In this document: positions 17,103 to 27,544 of the stretch, piece by piece
Layout of the letters: every line of letters starts with the position of its first letter
Numbering within the stretch: position 1 is the stretch's first letter
Assembly: GCA_964509885.1 (NCBI GenBank)
Contig: CAZDZL010000004.1
Span: forward strand, 12,167 to 76,166
Direction: 5' to 3'
DNA from: an uncultured Opitutaceae bacterium
GTDB taxonomy: Bacteria > Verrucomicrobiota > Verrucomicrobiia > Opitutales > Opitutaceae
Length of the DNA stretch: 64,000 nucleotides
Made by a program: the position numbers and the translations under genes
The notes under the pieces: generated by a model
What the model saw: only the letters and a program-made list of their open reading frames with translations
Database searches by the model: none
Told to the model about the DNA's origin: nothing

Positions 17103-19544
17103 ATGCCCGCGCCCCTCTTAGAGCCCGCCCCCGCGGCCCCCCGGCGAGCACACCCTGGGTGCCGCCACTGCGGCGCCCCGCTCATCGACACCCGGATGCA
17201 GGAGACGGGATTTTGCTGCACGGGCTGCGCCTACGTCCACCGGCTGGTGGCGGAGCACGGGCTGTCGAAATTCTACCGGATAAAGGATCCCGTCACCGCG
17301 CCGACGGACCCGGCCGTTTTCCAGCCTCGGGACTACACGTGGCTCGGGGAGGCTCAGGCGCAGGCCGAGGACGCGATCCCCGCACCAGGGATCCCCTGCC
17401 TCACCCTCGGGATCCAGGGAATTTCCTGCGCGGGCTGCGTCTGGCTGATCGAGCGGCTCTATGGCCAGCAGCGGGGCGCCAGGGACGTGGTGGTCAACGC
17501 GCAGCTCGGCACGATGCATCTGCGCTGGGTCCGCGGGGAGTTCTCGGCGGTCGACTTCGCGCGAAGACTGCAGTCGTTCGGATACCTGACCGGACCCTCC
17601 GATAGCGGGGCCGATGGGCCCGCGAGCCGCGGAATGGCCACCCGCATAGGGCTTTGCGCGGCATTCGCAATGAACGTGATGCTCTTCACCCTTCCGACGT
17701 ATTTCGGGATGGCGCCCACGTCGGAATATGCGCGGCTCTTCAGCCTTCTCTCGGCGGTCTTCGCGACGCTTAGCTTCCTCGTCGGGGGGACCTATTTCCT
17801 GCGGCGCGCGGCGCAGGCCCTTCGCGAGGGGGCGGTGCACATCGACCTGCCGATCGCGCTCGGGGTCATCGGTGCCTATGTCGGCTCCCTGGCCGGATGG
17901 CTGCTGGGCGACGCCCGGTTCGTCTACTTCGACTTCGTCTCGGCGTTCATCCTTCTGATGCTTGTCGGCCGGTGGGCCCAGGTGGCGGCGGTTGAGCGCA
18001 ACCGGCGGCGCCTGCTCAGCCTGCAGCCGGTGCCGCAAAGGGTGCGTGTTGTCGCGCCGGACGGCCTTATAAGCGAGGTCCCCCCGCAGCGCATATCCAA
18101 TGGGCAGGTCCTCATCGCGGCTCCCGGCCAGGTCGTTCCCGTGGACTCGCGGCTCGACGCCGCGACCGCCGACTTCTCGCTGGCCTCGATCAACGGCGAG
18201 GCCGAGGCGAGGACCTTCCGCCACGGCCAGCGCGTCCCCGGGGGTTCCGTCTGCCTCAGCCTCGGAGGGATCCGCCTCGTGGCGCAGCAGCCGTGGGGCG
18301 AGTCGCTTCTGGCGCAGCTGACGGCGCCCGCGTCGCGCGGCGGATGGCACCAGAGATTCCTCGAGTCCGTGATCCGGGTCTACCTGGTCTCCACGATCGC
18401 CGTCGCCGCCCTCGCCGGCCTTGGCTGGTGGCTCTCGAGCGGCGACGTGCAGCGCACATGGTCCGTCGTCATCTCGGTGCTCGTCGTGTCGTGCCCGTGC
18501 GCCATAGGGCTGGCCATCCCCCTTGCCGACGAGATAGCGACCGTCGCCGTCCGCCGGCACGGGGTGTTTGTCCGCGAGGGCGACCTCTGGGCTAGGCTCG
18601 GGCACGTGCGAAAGCTGGTCTTCGACAAGACGGGCACGCTCACGCTGGAATGCCCCGAGCTTGAGAATCCGCAGTCGCTGCGGGCCCTTGACCACGAGGC
18701 GCGGTGCGCGCTTCTCGCGCTCGTGCGCGACAATCCCCACCCCGTCAGCCAGAGTCTCTGCGGCAACCTATTGGCCGACGGGGCGCACCAGCCAGCCGAC
18801 GGCGACATTCGGGAGACGGTGGGCATGGGCGTCGAGATCACCGCTGCCAACGGGCGCACCTGGTCGCTTGGCCGGCCGGGATGGACCCATGCCGGCGCCG
18901 GCCATGGGAACGGGTCCACCGGCCAAGGCGACGACGGGACCTCGGCCATCCTGGCTTGCGATGGAAGAGCCGTCGCCCGGTTCAGCTTCTCAGACCGGGC
19001 CCGCCCGGATGCACAGGCGGAGTTGGCCGCGCTCTCATCGCAGGGATATGCAACCTACATCCTGAGCGGGGACAGGAGCTCCAAGGTGGCCGCACTGGCC
19101 GCCGAGCTCGGCCTGCCCGCTGGGAGATGCCTGGGGGAGCTCAGTCCCCAGGGCAAGGCCGACTGGCTGTGCGAACACGGCGCGGGCGACGCACTTATGC
19201 TCGGCGACGGTGCCAATGACAGCCTTGCTTTCAACCAAGCGCTCTGCAGGGGCACACCGGTCATCCATCGGGGGCTGCTCGAACAAAAGGCCGACTTCTA
19301 CTACCTGGGCCGCGGGATCGCGGGGATAAGGGCCCTGTTTGAGGTCAACGCCACCCGCCGCCGCGTCCGGGGCGTGATCCTCGCGTTTTCAGTGGCCTAC
19401 AACCTAGTTGTCGTCGGACTCGCCGTCACCGGCCGCGTGAATCCCCTGGTGGCCGCGGTCCTCATGCCGGCGAGCTCGCTGGCCACACTGGCGATCGTGG
19501 GTCTCGGCATGCGCCGCGCGCTGACGATGTCCCGGCGCGACTGA
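17103..19544 (+). CDS. ccoI: copper-translocating P1B-type ATPase CcoI/FixI
   Basis: N-terminal Cys-rich ATPase cation-binding region (CRHCGAPL..CCTGCAYVH), HMA-like GISCAGCVWLIE, CPC motif (VSCPCAIGLAIP), DKTGTLT and GDGANDS. Confidence 0.9.
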   Translation: MPAPLLEPAPAAPRRAHPGCRHCGAPLIDTRMQETGFCCTGCAYVHRLVAEHGLSKFYRIKDPVTAPTDPAVFQPRDYTWLGEAQAQAEDAIPAPGIPCLTLGIQGISCAGCVWLIERLYGQQRGARDVVVNAQLGTMHLRWVRGEFSAVDFARRLQSFGYLTGPSDSGADGPASRGMATRIGLCAAFAMNVMLFTLPTYFGMAPTSEYARLFSLLSAVFATLSFLVGGTYFLRRAAQALREGAVHIDLPIALGVIGAYVGSLAGWLLGDARFVYFDFVSAFILLMLVGRWAQVAAVERNRRRLLSLQPVPQRVRVVAPDGLISEVPPQRISNGQVLIAAPGQVVPVDSRLDAATADFSLASINGEAEARTFRHGQRVPGGSVCLSLGGIRLVAQQPWGESLLAQLTAPASRGGWHQRFLESVIRVYLVSTIAVAALAGLGWWLSSGDVQRTWSVVISVLVVSCPCAIGLAIPLADEIATVAVRRHGVFVREGDLWARLGHVRKLVFDKTGTLTLECPELENPQSLRALDHEARCALLALVRDNPHPVSQSLCGNLLADGAHQPADGDIRETVGMGVEITAANGRTWSLGRPGWTHAGAGHGNGSTGQGDDGTSAILACDGRAVARFSFSDRARPDAQAELAALSSQGYATYILSGDRSSKVAALAAELGLPAGRCLGELSPQGKADWLCEHGAGDALMLGDGANDSLAFNQALCRGTPVIHRGLLEQKADFYYLGRGIAGIRALFEVNATRRRVRGVILAFSVAYNLVVVGLAVTGRVNPLVAAVLMPASSLATLAIVGLGMRRALTMSRRD

Positions 19545-19585
19545 CCCACGGGGACGTGCCCCTGATGGACGCGGCCGTCGTCGAA

Positions 19586-20551
19586 TCATGCCGCCCTGGT
19601 GAGGGCGCCGTTGCGGCCGGTCGGCGAGATCCCGCGGTGCAGCCTTTCGCGGAAACTCGACGGAGCCTCGCCGGCCACGCGCCGGAAGACCCGGTTGAAC
19701 TGCGAAAGCGACTGGAAGCCCGCCTCGTAGGCGGCCTCGCTGACGCGCTTGTGTGGATCCAGGAAAAGTTTCTTGAGCGTCTCCACGCGGATCCTCGCAA
19801 GGTAGTCCACGAACGTCAGGCCCGTCTCCCTCTTGAACATCTTGCAGAAGTAGAACTCGCTCAGGTTCACCGCGCGGGCGACCACGGCCAGCGACAGCTC
19901 CTCCGACTGGTGCTCGGCAATATAGGAGCGGGCCCTGGCGATCACGGGCGCCTCCGACAGGTTCTGGGTGACCACGATCTGGTTGCTGATCGCCGAGAGA
20001 TGCTGGCCGAAGACCGAGAGCAGCCTGAGGGCCGAATCATACTGGCGCCGGGCAAGGATGCGCGTGCCGAAGTACGCCTTCTCAAGCGCGGACCTGTTCA
20101 CTTGGACCTTCCATTCGGCGAGCTGGGCGAGAATCCTCCCGAAACGGGCCTTGGTCGGCTTGCTAAGCATGACCTGCCCCGTCTGGAGGTAGCCCACGAC
20201 CGTGGCGCCCACGCGGATCGGCACGGAGGACTCGCTCAACCCGGCGAAGCACTCCAGCGTCTTGGTCCCATGGTTGGCCTCCTGCTCCACCCTCTGCTGC
20301 AGCTGCAGGCAGGCCGCGCACGTCCTGTTCGTCCCGGCCATCAGCTCGCAGAAGGCGTTCCTGCGCCTCGACCCCTGAAGGGAGGCCTGGAAGGATCCCG
20401 TTGCCCTCATCCCCAGCGGGAGGCCGGTGGTTCCCTCAAAGGCCCCGTGGTAGTCGCGGTAGACCTCCGACTTCTCAAGCTGCGCGATCGTGTGCCGGTT
20501 GTTGCGATCGGCCGCGTCCGCTTCGGGCGGGTGTGAGGGCGTTGGGTGCAT
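19586..20551 (-). CDS. AraC-family transcriptional regulator with a PocR-like sensory domain
   Basis: The N-terminal half has the PocR-type Cys pattern (FCELMAG..RTCAACL.. ECFAGL). The C-terminal half has AraC double-HTH motifs (LSEFYFCKMFKRETGLTF.., GFQSLSQFNRVFRR). Confidence 0.85.
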   Translation of the reverse strand: MHPTPSHPPEADAADRNNRHTIAQLEKSEVYRDYHGAFEGTTGLPLGMRATGSFQASLQGSRRRNAFCELMAGTNRTCAACLQLQQRVEQEANHGTKTLECFAGLSESSVPIRVGATVVGYLQTGQVMLSKPTKARFGRILAQLAEWKVQVNRSALEKAYFGTRILARRQYDSALRLLSVFGQHLSAISNQIVVTQNLSEAPVIARARSYIAEHQSEELSLAVVARAVNLSEFYFCKMFKRETGLTFVDYLARIRVETLKKLFLDPHKRVSEAAYEAGFQSLSQFNRVFRRVAGEAPSSFRERLHRGISPTGRNGALTRAA

Positions 20552-20709
20552 GCGCCCACCCTACCAGAAACGTGATGGCGCGAGAATTGGTGCGGCCGCT
20601 GAATCTCAATAGGTAAAATCCCTAGCCGAAGGAAGCCCTCCGCCTATCGAGGGGCTGCGGCCGGTGCGCCTCCCCGATCCCTCGCGCGGTCCCCGGTCGC
20701 CGGATGCGC

Positions 20710-21273
20710 TCAGGTCCAGCTTGAGATGTCCGGCTCCTTCCGGGACACCTCGTGGGTGATTCCCGCCGGATAGCCGACGATGATCGGGAGCACGGCCGTA
20801 TAGTCGACCGGAACGCGAAGTTCCGCCTTCACCTCGGCAGTTTCAAACCAGCCCTGCGCGAACCCGATGGGGCAGGTGGCAAGACCCTTGTCGACAGCCG
20901 CGAGCATAAGGTTCTCCGCCGCCAGGCAGCAGTCCACCGATGCGAACTGGCCCTTCGGCATGGCGTAGACCACCACGAGCGTGGAGGCGTTGTAGAACAG
21001 GTTGTACTTTGGGTCGGCAAGGGGCTCGCGGTGCATCGCGTGGGGATCCCGACCAGGGTCGAAGACGCGCAGGAAGTGCATCTTGGCCCTGTCGGAATAG
21101 TCCTTCAGGCGGCTCGGCCCCTCGATCACGGCGAAGGACCAGGGCTGCGCATCCATGCCCGAGGGCGCCTGGACGGCCGCCCGAAGCAGATCCATGAGGA
21201 GCGGGTGCGGAACAGGGGCTGGCGTGAAGTCGCGGCAGGAGCGCCGCTGGTAAATGGCCTTGATCAGCTCCAT
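20710..21273 (-). CDS. nitroreductase family protein (paralog 2)
   Basis: IYQRRSCRDF and APSGMDAQPW motifs. Aligns with 10071-10667 over its full length. Confidence 0.9.
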   Translation of the reverse strand: MELIKAIYQRRSCRDFTPAPVPHPLLMDLLRAAVQAPSGMDAQPWSFAVIEGPSRLKDYSDRAKMHFLRVFDPGRDPHAMHREPLADPKYNLFYNASTLVVVYAMPKGQFASVDCCLAAENLMLAAVDKGLATCPIGFAQGWFETAEVKAELRVPVDYTAVLPIIVGYPAGITHEVSRKEPDISSWT

Positions 21274-21291
21274 GGGGGTCGCACACCGCCG

Positions 21292-22326
21292 CTACCCGCT
21301 CGTGAGGATCACCTTCAGGGCCTTCTGCGTGGCTGCATCGCCGAACGTGTCGTAGGCCCTCATGATATCGCTCAGGGCAAAGTGGTGGGTGATGAGGCAC
21401 TGGGGCTCCAGCTTCCCTGCGAGGACGGTCTTGAGCAGGAGCGGCGTCGTGACCGTGTCGACAAGTCGGGTCGTGATCGTGATGTTGCTCGCCCAAAGCT
21501 TGTCCAGGCGGAGCTCGACGCTCTTGCCGTGGACGCCGACGTTCGCGATGCGGCCGCCCGCGGCAACGATGGACTGGCAGATGGAGAAGGTCTCCGGCAC
21601 ACCGACGGCCTCGATCGCGACGTCGACACCCTTTCCGCCCGTGAGCCTCATGATCTCCCCGACCGCGCCGCTGCTGAAGGTCCTTGTGGCCCCGAAGGTC
21701 CTCGCGACCTCAAGCCGGTTCTCGTCGGGGTCGACCATGATGATCTCCGCGGGCGAGTAGAAGTTGGCCGTGAGAAGCGCCGACAGCCCCACGGGCCCCG
21801 CCCCGATGATGGCAACCGTGTCGCCCGGCTTGACCTGCCCGTTGATCACGCCGCATTCGTATCCCGTGGGAAGGATGTCGCTCAGCATCACGAGCGGCTC
21901 CTCGTCGCGGACGCTGTCAGGGATGTGGTAGAGGCTCGAGTCCGCGTGGGGTATTCGGACAAACTCAGCCTGGGTCCCGTCGATCAGGTGGCCCAGGATC
22001 CAGCCGCCGTCGCCGCAGTGGGAGTACATCCCCCGCCGGCAGGCGTCGCACCTGCCGCAGGAGGTGATGCATGAGATGAGGACCCTGTCGCCCGGCTTGA
22101 ACGAGGACACGGCGGCGCCGGTCTCGCTCACGATCCCCACCCCCTCGTGGCCGAGGATGCGGCCGTCGGTCACCTCGGGGACGTCGCCCTTCATGATGTG
22201 CAGGTCGGTCCCGCATATCGTCGTCTTCGTGATCCTTACCACGGCGTCCGTGGGCCTCTGGATCGAAGGCATCGGCCTGTCCTCCCAGGCCCGGGCATTC
22301 GGGCCGTGGTAGACGAGCGCCTTCAT
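21292..22326 (-). CDS. zinc-dependent alcohol dehydrogenase (MDR family)
   Basis: MKALVYHG start, CGTDLH, GHEGVG, structural-zinc CxxCxxCxxxxxxxC (CGRCDACRRGMYSHC), and Rossmann GAGPVG. The track ORF extends to 22410; I prefer the Met at 22326. Confidence 0.9.
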   Translation of the reverse strand: MKALVYHGPNARAWEDRPMPSIQRPTDAVVRITKTTICGTDLHIMKGDVPEVTDGRILGHEGVGIVSETGAAVSSFKPGDRVLISCITSCGRCDACRRGMYSHCGDGGWILGHLIDGTQAEFVRIPHADSSLYHIPDSVRDEEPLVMLSDILPTGYECGVINGQVKPGDTVAIIGAGPVGLSALLTANFYSPAEIIMVDPDENRLEVARTFGATRTFSSGAVGEIMRLTGGKGVDVAIEAVGVPETFSICQSIVAAGGRIANVGVHGKSVELRLDKLWASNITITTRLVDTVTTPLLLKTVLAGKLEPQCLITHHFALSDIMRAYDTFGDAATQKALKVILTSG

Positions 22327-22595
22327 CCTGGTTTGCTGCTTTCCGGCGGAGCGGACGGGGGCGGGCATCTCTTGTGTGGTCATGGTGGCTTGGGATCCTT
22401 TAGGTCCCACTCTATCCCAATGGGCCGCGCCGCGCTGCGCAGTTCTTGGCTTCCATGGCGCGGCCCTTGGCTGGCCGGTTGAGCCTTATAGCCCGGGAAT
22501 GTTCGCCATGCGCAAGAGATGCCCATTCATTCGCAAGGGCTGCGCAGCCCGAAGGGGATTTCCGCGGTATCCTTGGCGTTCAAGAGTCAAAAACC

Positions 22596-22862
22596 ATGAA
22601 AACAGAAACCATCCCCTTGTCGGCCCCGGCGCATCCCAGCGACGAGCAGATACGCGACTTCGCCTACCACCTTTACCTTCAGAGTGGCGGGATCCAGGGC
22701 CGCGACCTCGAAAACTGGCTGGAGGCCAAGGCGTGCCTCCTCGCCAACATTCCCATCTACAGGGCCCATGTGCGCCTGCACAGCCACGCCGCGAGGCGCG
22801 GTGCGGGGAGGCGCTCAGCCGCCCGGATCCCCTTGGTCGGTCCTATGGGCGCCGCAGCCTGA
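22596..22862 (+). CDS. DUF2934-like small protein
   Basis: ATG at 22596. The motif [27 protein letters not shown] matches the DUF2934 pattern as I recall it. Confidence 0.6.
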   Translation: MKTETIPLSAPAHPSDEQIRDFAYHLYLQSGGIQGRDLENWLEAKACLLANIPIYRAHVRLHSHAARRGAGRRSAARIPLVGPMGAAA

Positions 22863-22896
22863 CCGCGCCGGGTCCCAAGGCTTTCCGCGCCGCCGA

Positions 22897-25572
22897 ATGC
22901 TCGATTTCCTTTTCAATCCGAGTGCCGTTGCCGTCATAGGGGCGACGGAGAGGAAGGGTAGCGTCGGGCGGGCTGTGATGGAGAACCTGCGGGCCTTTGG
23001 CGGCAAGGTCCACCCGGTCAACCCGAAACACACGACAGTGCTCGGGCTGCCCTCTTATCCGGCGATTTCCTCGGTCCCGGGAAAGGTTGACCTCGCCGTC
23101 ATAGTGACGCCGGCGGCCTCTGTCCAAGGCATCATCCGCGAATGCGCGGCCGCTGGAGTGCGGGGAGCCGTCATCCTTTCCGCGGGCTTCAGCGAAACGG
23201 GCCCGCTGGGCGCCAAACTGGAGGCGGATGTCCGTCGCGAGGCCTCCAAGACTGGAATGCGGATCGTCGGACCCAACTGCCTCGGCCTGATGGTGCCCGG
23301 CCGCGCCCTGAACGCGACGTTCGCCGGCGCCATGGCGCGCAAGGGCAACATCGCCTTCATCAGCCAGAGCGGGGCGCTCTGCACCGCGATCCTGGGCTGG
23401 AGCCTCCAGAGGAACCTCGGCTTCAGCGCCTTCGTCTCGGTCGGGTCCATGCTGGATGTCGGCTGGGGCGACCTGATCGACCACCTGGGGGACGATCCCG
23501 CGACGCAGAGCATCGTGATCTACATGGAGTCGATCGGCGACGCGCGCTCCTTCCTGTCGGCGGCCCGCCAGGTCGCCCTCAAGAAGCCGATCATCGTCAT
23601 CAAGGTCGGCCGCACCGAGGGCGCCTCGCATGCGGTGGCCTCCCACACAGGGGCGCTGACGGGTAGCGACGACGTCCTCGATGCCGCGTTCCGGCGGGTG
23701 GGCGTGCTTCGCGTCGACACGATCGAGGAGCTCTTCGCGCTGGCAGACATTCTTTCGAAGCAGCCGACACCCCGGGGGCCGCGCCTGAGCATCGTGACCA
23801 ACGCAGGGGGGCCCGGGGCGCTGGCGGCCGACGCGCTCCTCGGCTCGGGCGGGGAGCTCGCCCAGCCTTCGCCCTCGACCATCGCGGGATTGAACAGGCT
23901 CCTGCCGGCGACCTGGAGCCGGGGGAACCCCATCGACATCCTGGGCGACGCCGACCCCTTGCGCTACCTCGCAGCCGTCGAGGCGGCCGCCTCCGATCCC
24001 GAGAGCGACGGCGTCCTCGTCGTCCTCACGCCGCAGGCGATGACGGACCCGCTGGCGACCGCCGAGGTCGTCCGGCTGTACGCCAAGGTTCCCGGCAAGA
24101 CCATGCTCGCCAGCTGGATGGGCGGGGCCGAGGTGGACGGCGGTCGCGACATCCTCACCCAGTGTGGCCTGCCGGTCTTCGACTATCCCGATATCGCGGC
24201 AAGGGCCTTCAGCTCGATGTGGCTGCGCAGCTCGAACCTGCGCGCCCTCTATGAGCTACCCTCGATGTCCTCGGCTTCGGATGAGGGGCCGGGGGCGCGC
24301 GAACGGGCCGCCGAGATCATAGGCCTCGCCCAAAAGGACGGCCGGACGCTCCTGAGCGAGTTCGAGGCCAAGCAGGTGATCTCCGCATACGGCATCCCGA
24401 CCGTGGAGACCCGTGTCGCCCTCAGCGAGGACGACGCGGTGTCGGCGGCGTCACGCCTCGGCTTTCCCGTCGCGGTCAAGCTGCACTCGGAGAGCATCAC
24501 CCACAAGACGGACGTCGGGGGCGTGCGCCTGGGCGTCGGCGATTCGGACGCCGTGCGCGAGGCATGGCGCTCCATAGAATCCTCCGTCGAGGCCAAGGTC
24601 GGACGGCGGCACTTCCTCGGCGTCACCGTTCAGAGGATGGTTCCACGCGAAGGATATGAGCTCATCCTTGGGAGCAGCGTCGACGCCCAGTTTGGGCCCA
24701 TCCTGCTTTTCGGAGCCGGCGGCGAACTCGTCGAGGTCCTGATGGACCGCGCCGTAGCCCTGCCGCCCCTCACGGCAAACCTCGCTCGCCTTCTCATCGA
24801 GCGGACGAAGATCCACGCGGCGCTGAGGGGTGTCCGCGGACGGAAACCCGTGAACCTCCCCGCCCTCGAGCGGCTGCTCGTGCGCTTCAGCCACCTCGTT
24901 GCCGAGCAGCCAAGGATCAAGGAGATAGAGATCAACCCCCTCCTTGTCTCGGACAGCCAGATGACGGCGCTGGACGCCCGGATCATCCTGCACGGGTGGG
25001 ACGTCCCGGATGCGATGCTCCCCAAGCCCTGCATACGCCCTTACCCCCAGGCGTATGTCAACGCGCAGACGCTGGCCGATGGCACGCATTTCACGCTTCG
25101 GCCCATTCGGGCGGAGGATGAGACCCTTCTCGCCCAGTTCCACTGCTCCCTGTCCAGCGAAAGCGTCTACAACCGGTACTTCCAATACCTGAATCTCGAG
25201 CAGCGAATAGACCATGAACGGCTGTCCCGCCTCTGCTTCATCGACTATGACAGGGAAATGGCGCTCGTCGCGGAGCACTGCGACCTTGTCTCGGGCGAAC
25301 GGACCCTCATCGGCGTCGGCCGTCTCATAAAGGTGCCGGGAACACGCGACGCGGAGTTTGCCCTGATAGTCGGCGACAAATGGCAGCGCCGTGGGCTGGG
25401 AAGCCGGCTTCTCAGTTCGCTTGTACAGTTCGGCCGCGATGAGCACCTCGACACCATCTTTGCGGAGATCCTTCCCGACAACCTGGCGATGAGGAACGTC
25501 TCCCAGCTGAGCGGCTTCCAGCTGGTTCACCGAGCCGGCCAGGACACCGTCAGGGCGACACTCGAGCTCTGA
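22897..25572 (+). CDS. Pat-like bifunctional ADP-forming acyl-CoA synthetase-family / GNAT acetyltransferase
   Basis: ATG at 22897 ([17 protein letters not shown], CoA-binding). Succinyl-CoA-ligase-like and ATP-grasp regions follow. C-terminal GNAT ([18 protein letters not shown]). About 891 aa. Confidence 0.9.
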   Translation: MLDFLFNPSAVAVIGATERKGSVGRAVMENLRAFGGKVHPVNPKHTTVLGLPSYPAISSVPGKVDLAVIVTPAASVQGIIRECAAAGVRGAVILSAGFSETGPLGAKLEADVRREASKTGMRIVGPNCLGLMVPGRALNATFAGAMARKGNIAFISQSGALCTAILGWSLQRNLGFSAFVSVGSMLDVGWGDLIDHLGDDPATQSIVIYMESIGDARSFLSAARQVALKKPIIVIKVGRTEGASHAVASHTGALTGSDDVLDAAFRRVGVLRVDTIEELFALADILSKQPTPRGPRLSIVTNAGGPGALAADALLGSGGELAQPSPSTIAGLNRLLPATWSRGNPIDILGDADPLRYLAAVEAAASDPESDGVLVVLTPQAMTDPLATAEVVRLYAKVPGKTMLASWMGGAEVDGGRDILTQCGLPVFDYPDIAARAFSSMWLRSSNLRALYELPSMSSASDEGPGARERAAEIIGLAQKDGRTLLSEFEAKQVISAYGIPTVETRVALSEDDAVSAASRLGFPVAVKLHSESITHKTDVGGVRLGVGDSDAVREAWRSIESSVEAKVGRRHFLGVTVQRMVPREGYELILGSSVDAQFGPILLFGAGGELVEVLMDRAVALPPLTANLARLLIERTKIHAALRGVRGRKPVNLPALERLLVRFSHLVAEQPRIKEIEINPLLVSDSQMTALDARIILHGWDVPDAMLPKPCIRPYPQAYVNAQTLADGTHFTLRPIRAEDETLLAQFHCSLSSESVYNRYFQYLNLEQRIDHERLSRLCFIDYDREMALVAEHCDLVSGERTLIGVGRLIKVPGTRDAEFALIVGDKWQRRGLGSRLLSSLVQFGRDEHLDTIFAEILPDNLAMRNVSQLSGFQLVHRAGQDTVRATLEL

Positions 25573-25613
25573 AACCCAGGGTCCGCCGGGAGGTTGGGCG
25601 CTCGCCGGCTTGC

Positions 25614-26183
25614 TCAGGCAGGGGGCGCCTTCGGCAGCCTAAGGTCTATCCTCATCTCGCCCAGGCGACGCAGCAGGGCGGCGCGGCGCCACAGTGGCCA
25701 CCAGTCGTAGAGGTAGATCTCCATGGGCCTCCACATCGCGACCCATCCCCCAATCGTGAGGCCCTCGCGGGTGATCGTGCTGGCGGCACCCATGTCGCTC
25801 GGCGCGATCATCCGACTCAGCAGCAGGCAGCCCGCGAGAAAGACCGTGCCTATGAGAAGGCTCACGCGCCCCTGCTTGAAGAGCTGCCGAAGCTCGAGCC
25901 CGGTGATGCCGGCTCGGTACTTGAAGTAGTGGTGGACCGCCTCGATGACGCTGGCACTGTCTCGGCCGTCGGGAAGGGGCTGCTCAAGGTGCAGCACGAG
26001 GCGAAGGGGCCTGCGCCGGGGGAGCTCCCGCGCCCACCCCACGATGAACTCCTCCGCATCCCTGTCGAGGTCCTGCTCGTTGAACGGGGAGGGATCCAGG
26101 GAATTGAAGAGCTGTGAAATCTCGCGCAGCCGAAGCTCGATGGCGTGCGCGCCAGTGGCTGACTCTACGATCGGCCTGGACAT
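25614..26183 (-). CDS. hypothetical membrane protein
   Basis: Met at 26183 (alternative 26201). Two predicted TM helices in the C-terminal half. Last gene of the minus-strand trio with the STAS-like protein and the azurin. Confidence 0.55.
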   Translation of the reverse strand: MSRPIVESATGAHAIELRLREISQLFNSLDPSPFNEQDLDRDAEEFIVGWARELPRRRPLRLVLHLEQPLPDGRDSASVIEAVHHYFKYRAGITGLELRQLFKQGRVSLLIGTVFLAGCLLLSRMIAPSDMGAASTITREGLTIGGWVAMWRPMEIYLYDWWPLWRRAALLRRLGEMRIDLRLPKAPPA

Positions 26184-26296
26184 GGGTTCACCGGCCAGCA
26201 TGCCGGAGATTGGGACAATGGGAATCCATTTTGGCCCGCGCTTCCCGGAGCACGGCCAATCCGAAACTGCGGGCCGGGACGGGCCCGCCCGCCGCC

Positions 26297-26743
26297 TCAA
26301 AGCACCCTCTCGGCCTCGGCCTGGTTCTGACAGGTGAGCACGCGAACGCCGCGACTGTAGTGAATGATGGAGAGGATGTTCAACCCAATGTCCTTCCGTG
26401 GATCGGGGACGATCCGCACCACCGTTCCGATCCCCGCCGCATTGCACGCGTCCATGATCTTCGTTATGCTGGTCATGCAATCCAGCTCCATCGATTCCAG
26501 GCTGCTAAGGTCGGCCAAGAACGTGAAGCCCTTGCGCATCTTTGGAAGCAGATCCAGGACTTTCCCGTGTACCTCCCCCACCTCCTCGGCGGTGACGCGT
26601 CCCCGGTACCGCACCTCGATGATGTTGCGGGAATCGTGTCCCAGAATCACGTAGCTGAATTTCTCGTCCATCGCGGCGCGGTCGAATTTGGAAACGTCGG
26701 GTATCGCCTTTGGAGGCAAATTTTTTGGGGAGGGCATGGACAC
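26297..26743 (-). CDS. STAS/SpoIIAA-like fold protein (tentative)
   Basis: 148 aa. The pattern IIEVRYRGRVTAEEV..FTFLADLSSLESMELD..I resembles STAS-type domains. No search was run. Confidence 0.55.
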   Translation of the reverse strand: MSMPSPKNLPPKAIPDVSKFDRAAMDEKFSYVILGHDSRNIIEVRYRGRVTAEEVGEVHGKVLDLLPKMRKGFTFLADLSSLESMELDCMTSITKIMDACNAAGIGTVVRIVPDPRKDIGLNILSIIHYSRGVRVLTCQNQAEAERVL

Positions 26744-26772
26744 CGTGCCGACGGCAGCCTTGTATCAATTCC

Positions 26773-27228
26773 TCATTTTACCGTCATGATGCCGTGCATT
26801 CCCATCTGAAAATGGGCCGGAAATGAGCAGATGTAGACGTAGTTTCCCGGAACGATGGGTGCCGTGAACGTCACATCTCCGTTCTGCCGCGCACCGAGCA
26901 AGCCGATCCTCGCCATCACGTCGCCCGCAAGGGCTTTCGGCTCATACTCCTCTTCCTTGGCATTTGCGGCGGCCGACGAGTAGGCCGAGCCGTCCTTTCC
27001 CGCCTTCAGCAGAATCCAGTTGTGCCCCATGACCGTCTTCGGAAGCGTGCCGACATTGCTCAGCGAGACGTGAACCACCTCGCCGGGCTTCACGGTGAAA
27101 TTCGTGACGTCGAACTTCATGGCGTCGTTCCCCGAGATTTCAATCGAGGTCGTGGCCGTTTGGGCGCTCAGGGAGGCTGCGCCTACAATCGAGAACGCGA
27201 TGCCGACATAGAGTGCCTTGATTCTCAT
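26773..27228 (-). CDS. azurin-like blue copper protein (third copy)
   Basis: Met at 27228 with a signal peptide. MGHNWILL and YICSFPAHFQMGMHGIMTVK ligand motifs. Confidence 0.9.
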   Translation of the reverse strand: MRIKALYVGIAFSIVGAASLSAQTATTSIEISGNDAMKFDVTNFTVKPGEVVHVSLSNVGTLPKTVMGHNWILLKAGKDGSAYSSAAANAKEEEYEPKALAGDVMARIGLLGARQNGDVTFTAPIVPGNYVYICSFPAHFQMGMHGIMTVK

Positions 27229-27544
27229 GGTGATGCCTTTGGGTCCAACATAGGGATGATAGCGTTTGTCGCGCCCCACCGCTTTGCATATCCTGTAAAT
27301 TGCTGCGCATTAGTTGCCCGACCTTCGGAGTGAGCCCTGATCGACCCAGGGAGCGGGAATACGACCTGCGCATGGCAGGCCTGTCATCCGCAACGCTGAA
27401 TGGGGTGTTCAGTGTAGCCTAACCCCCTGTGCGGGTTCCAGATGACAATACCTGAGGTCGGGACTCGTCGGCAGGAACAATCCGGGATCGCATCGTGTCG
27501 GAATTCCACCGATGCTCTGGCATGTGTTCCCCAGCTAATCTATC

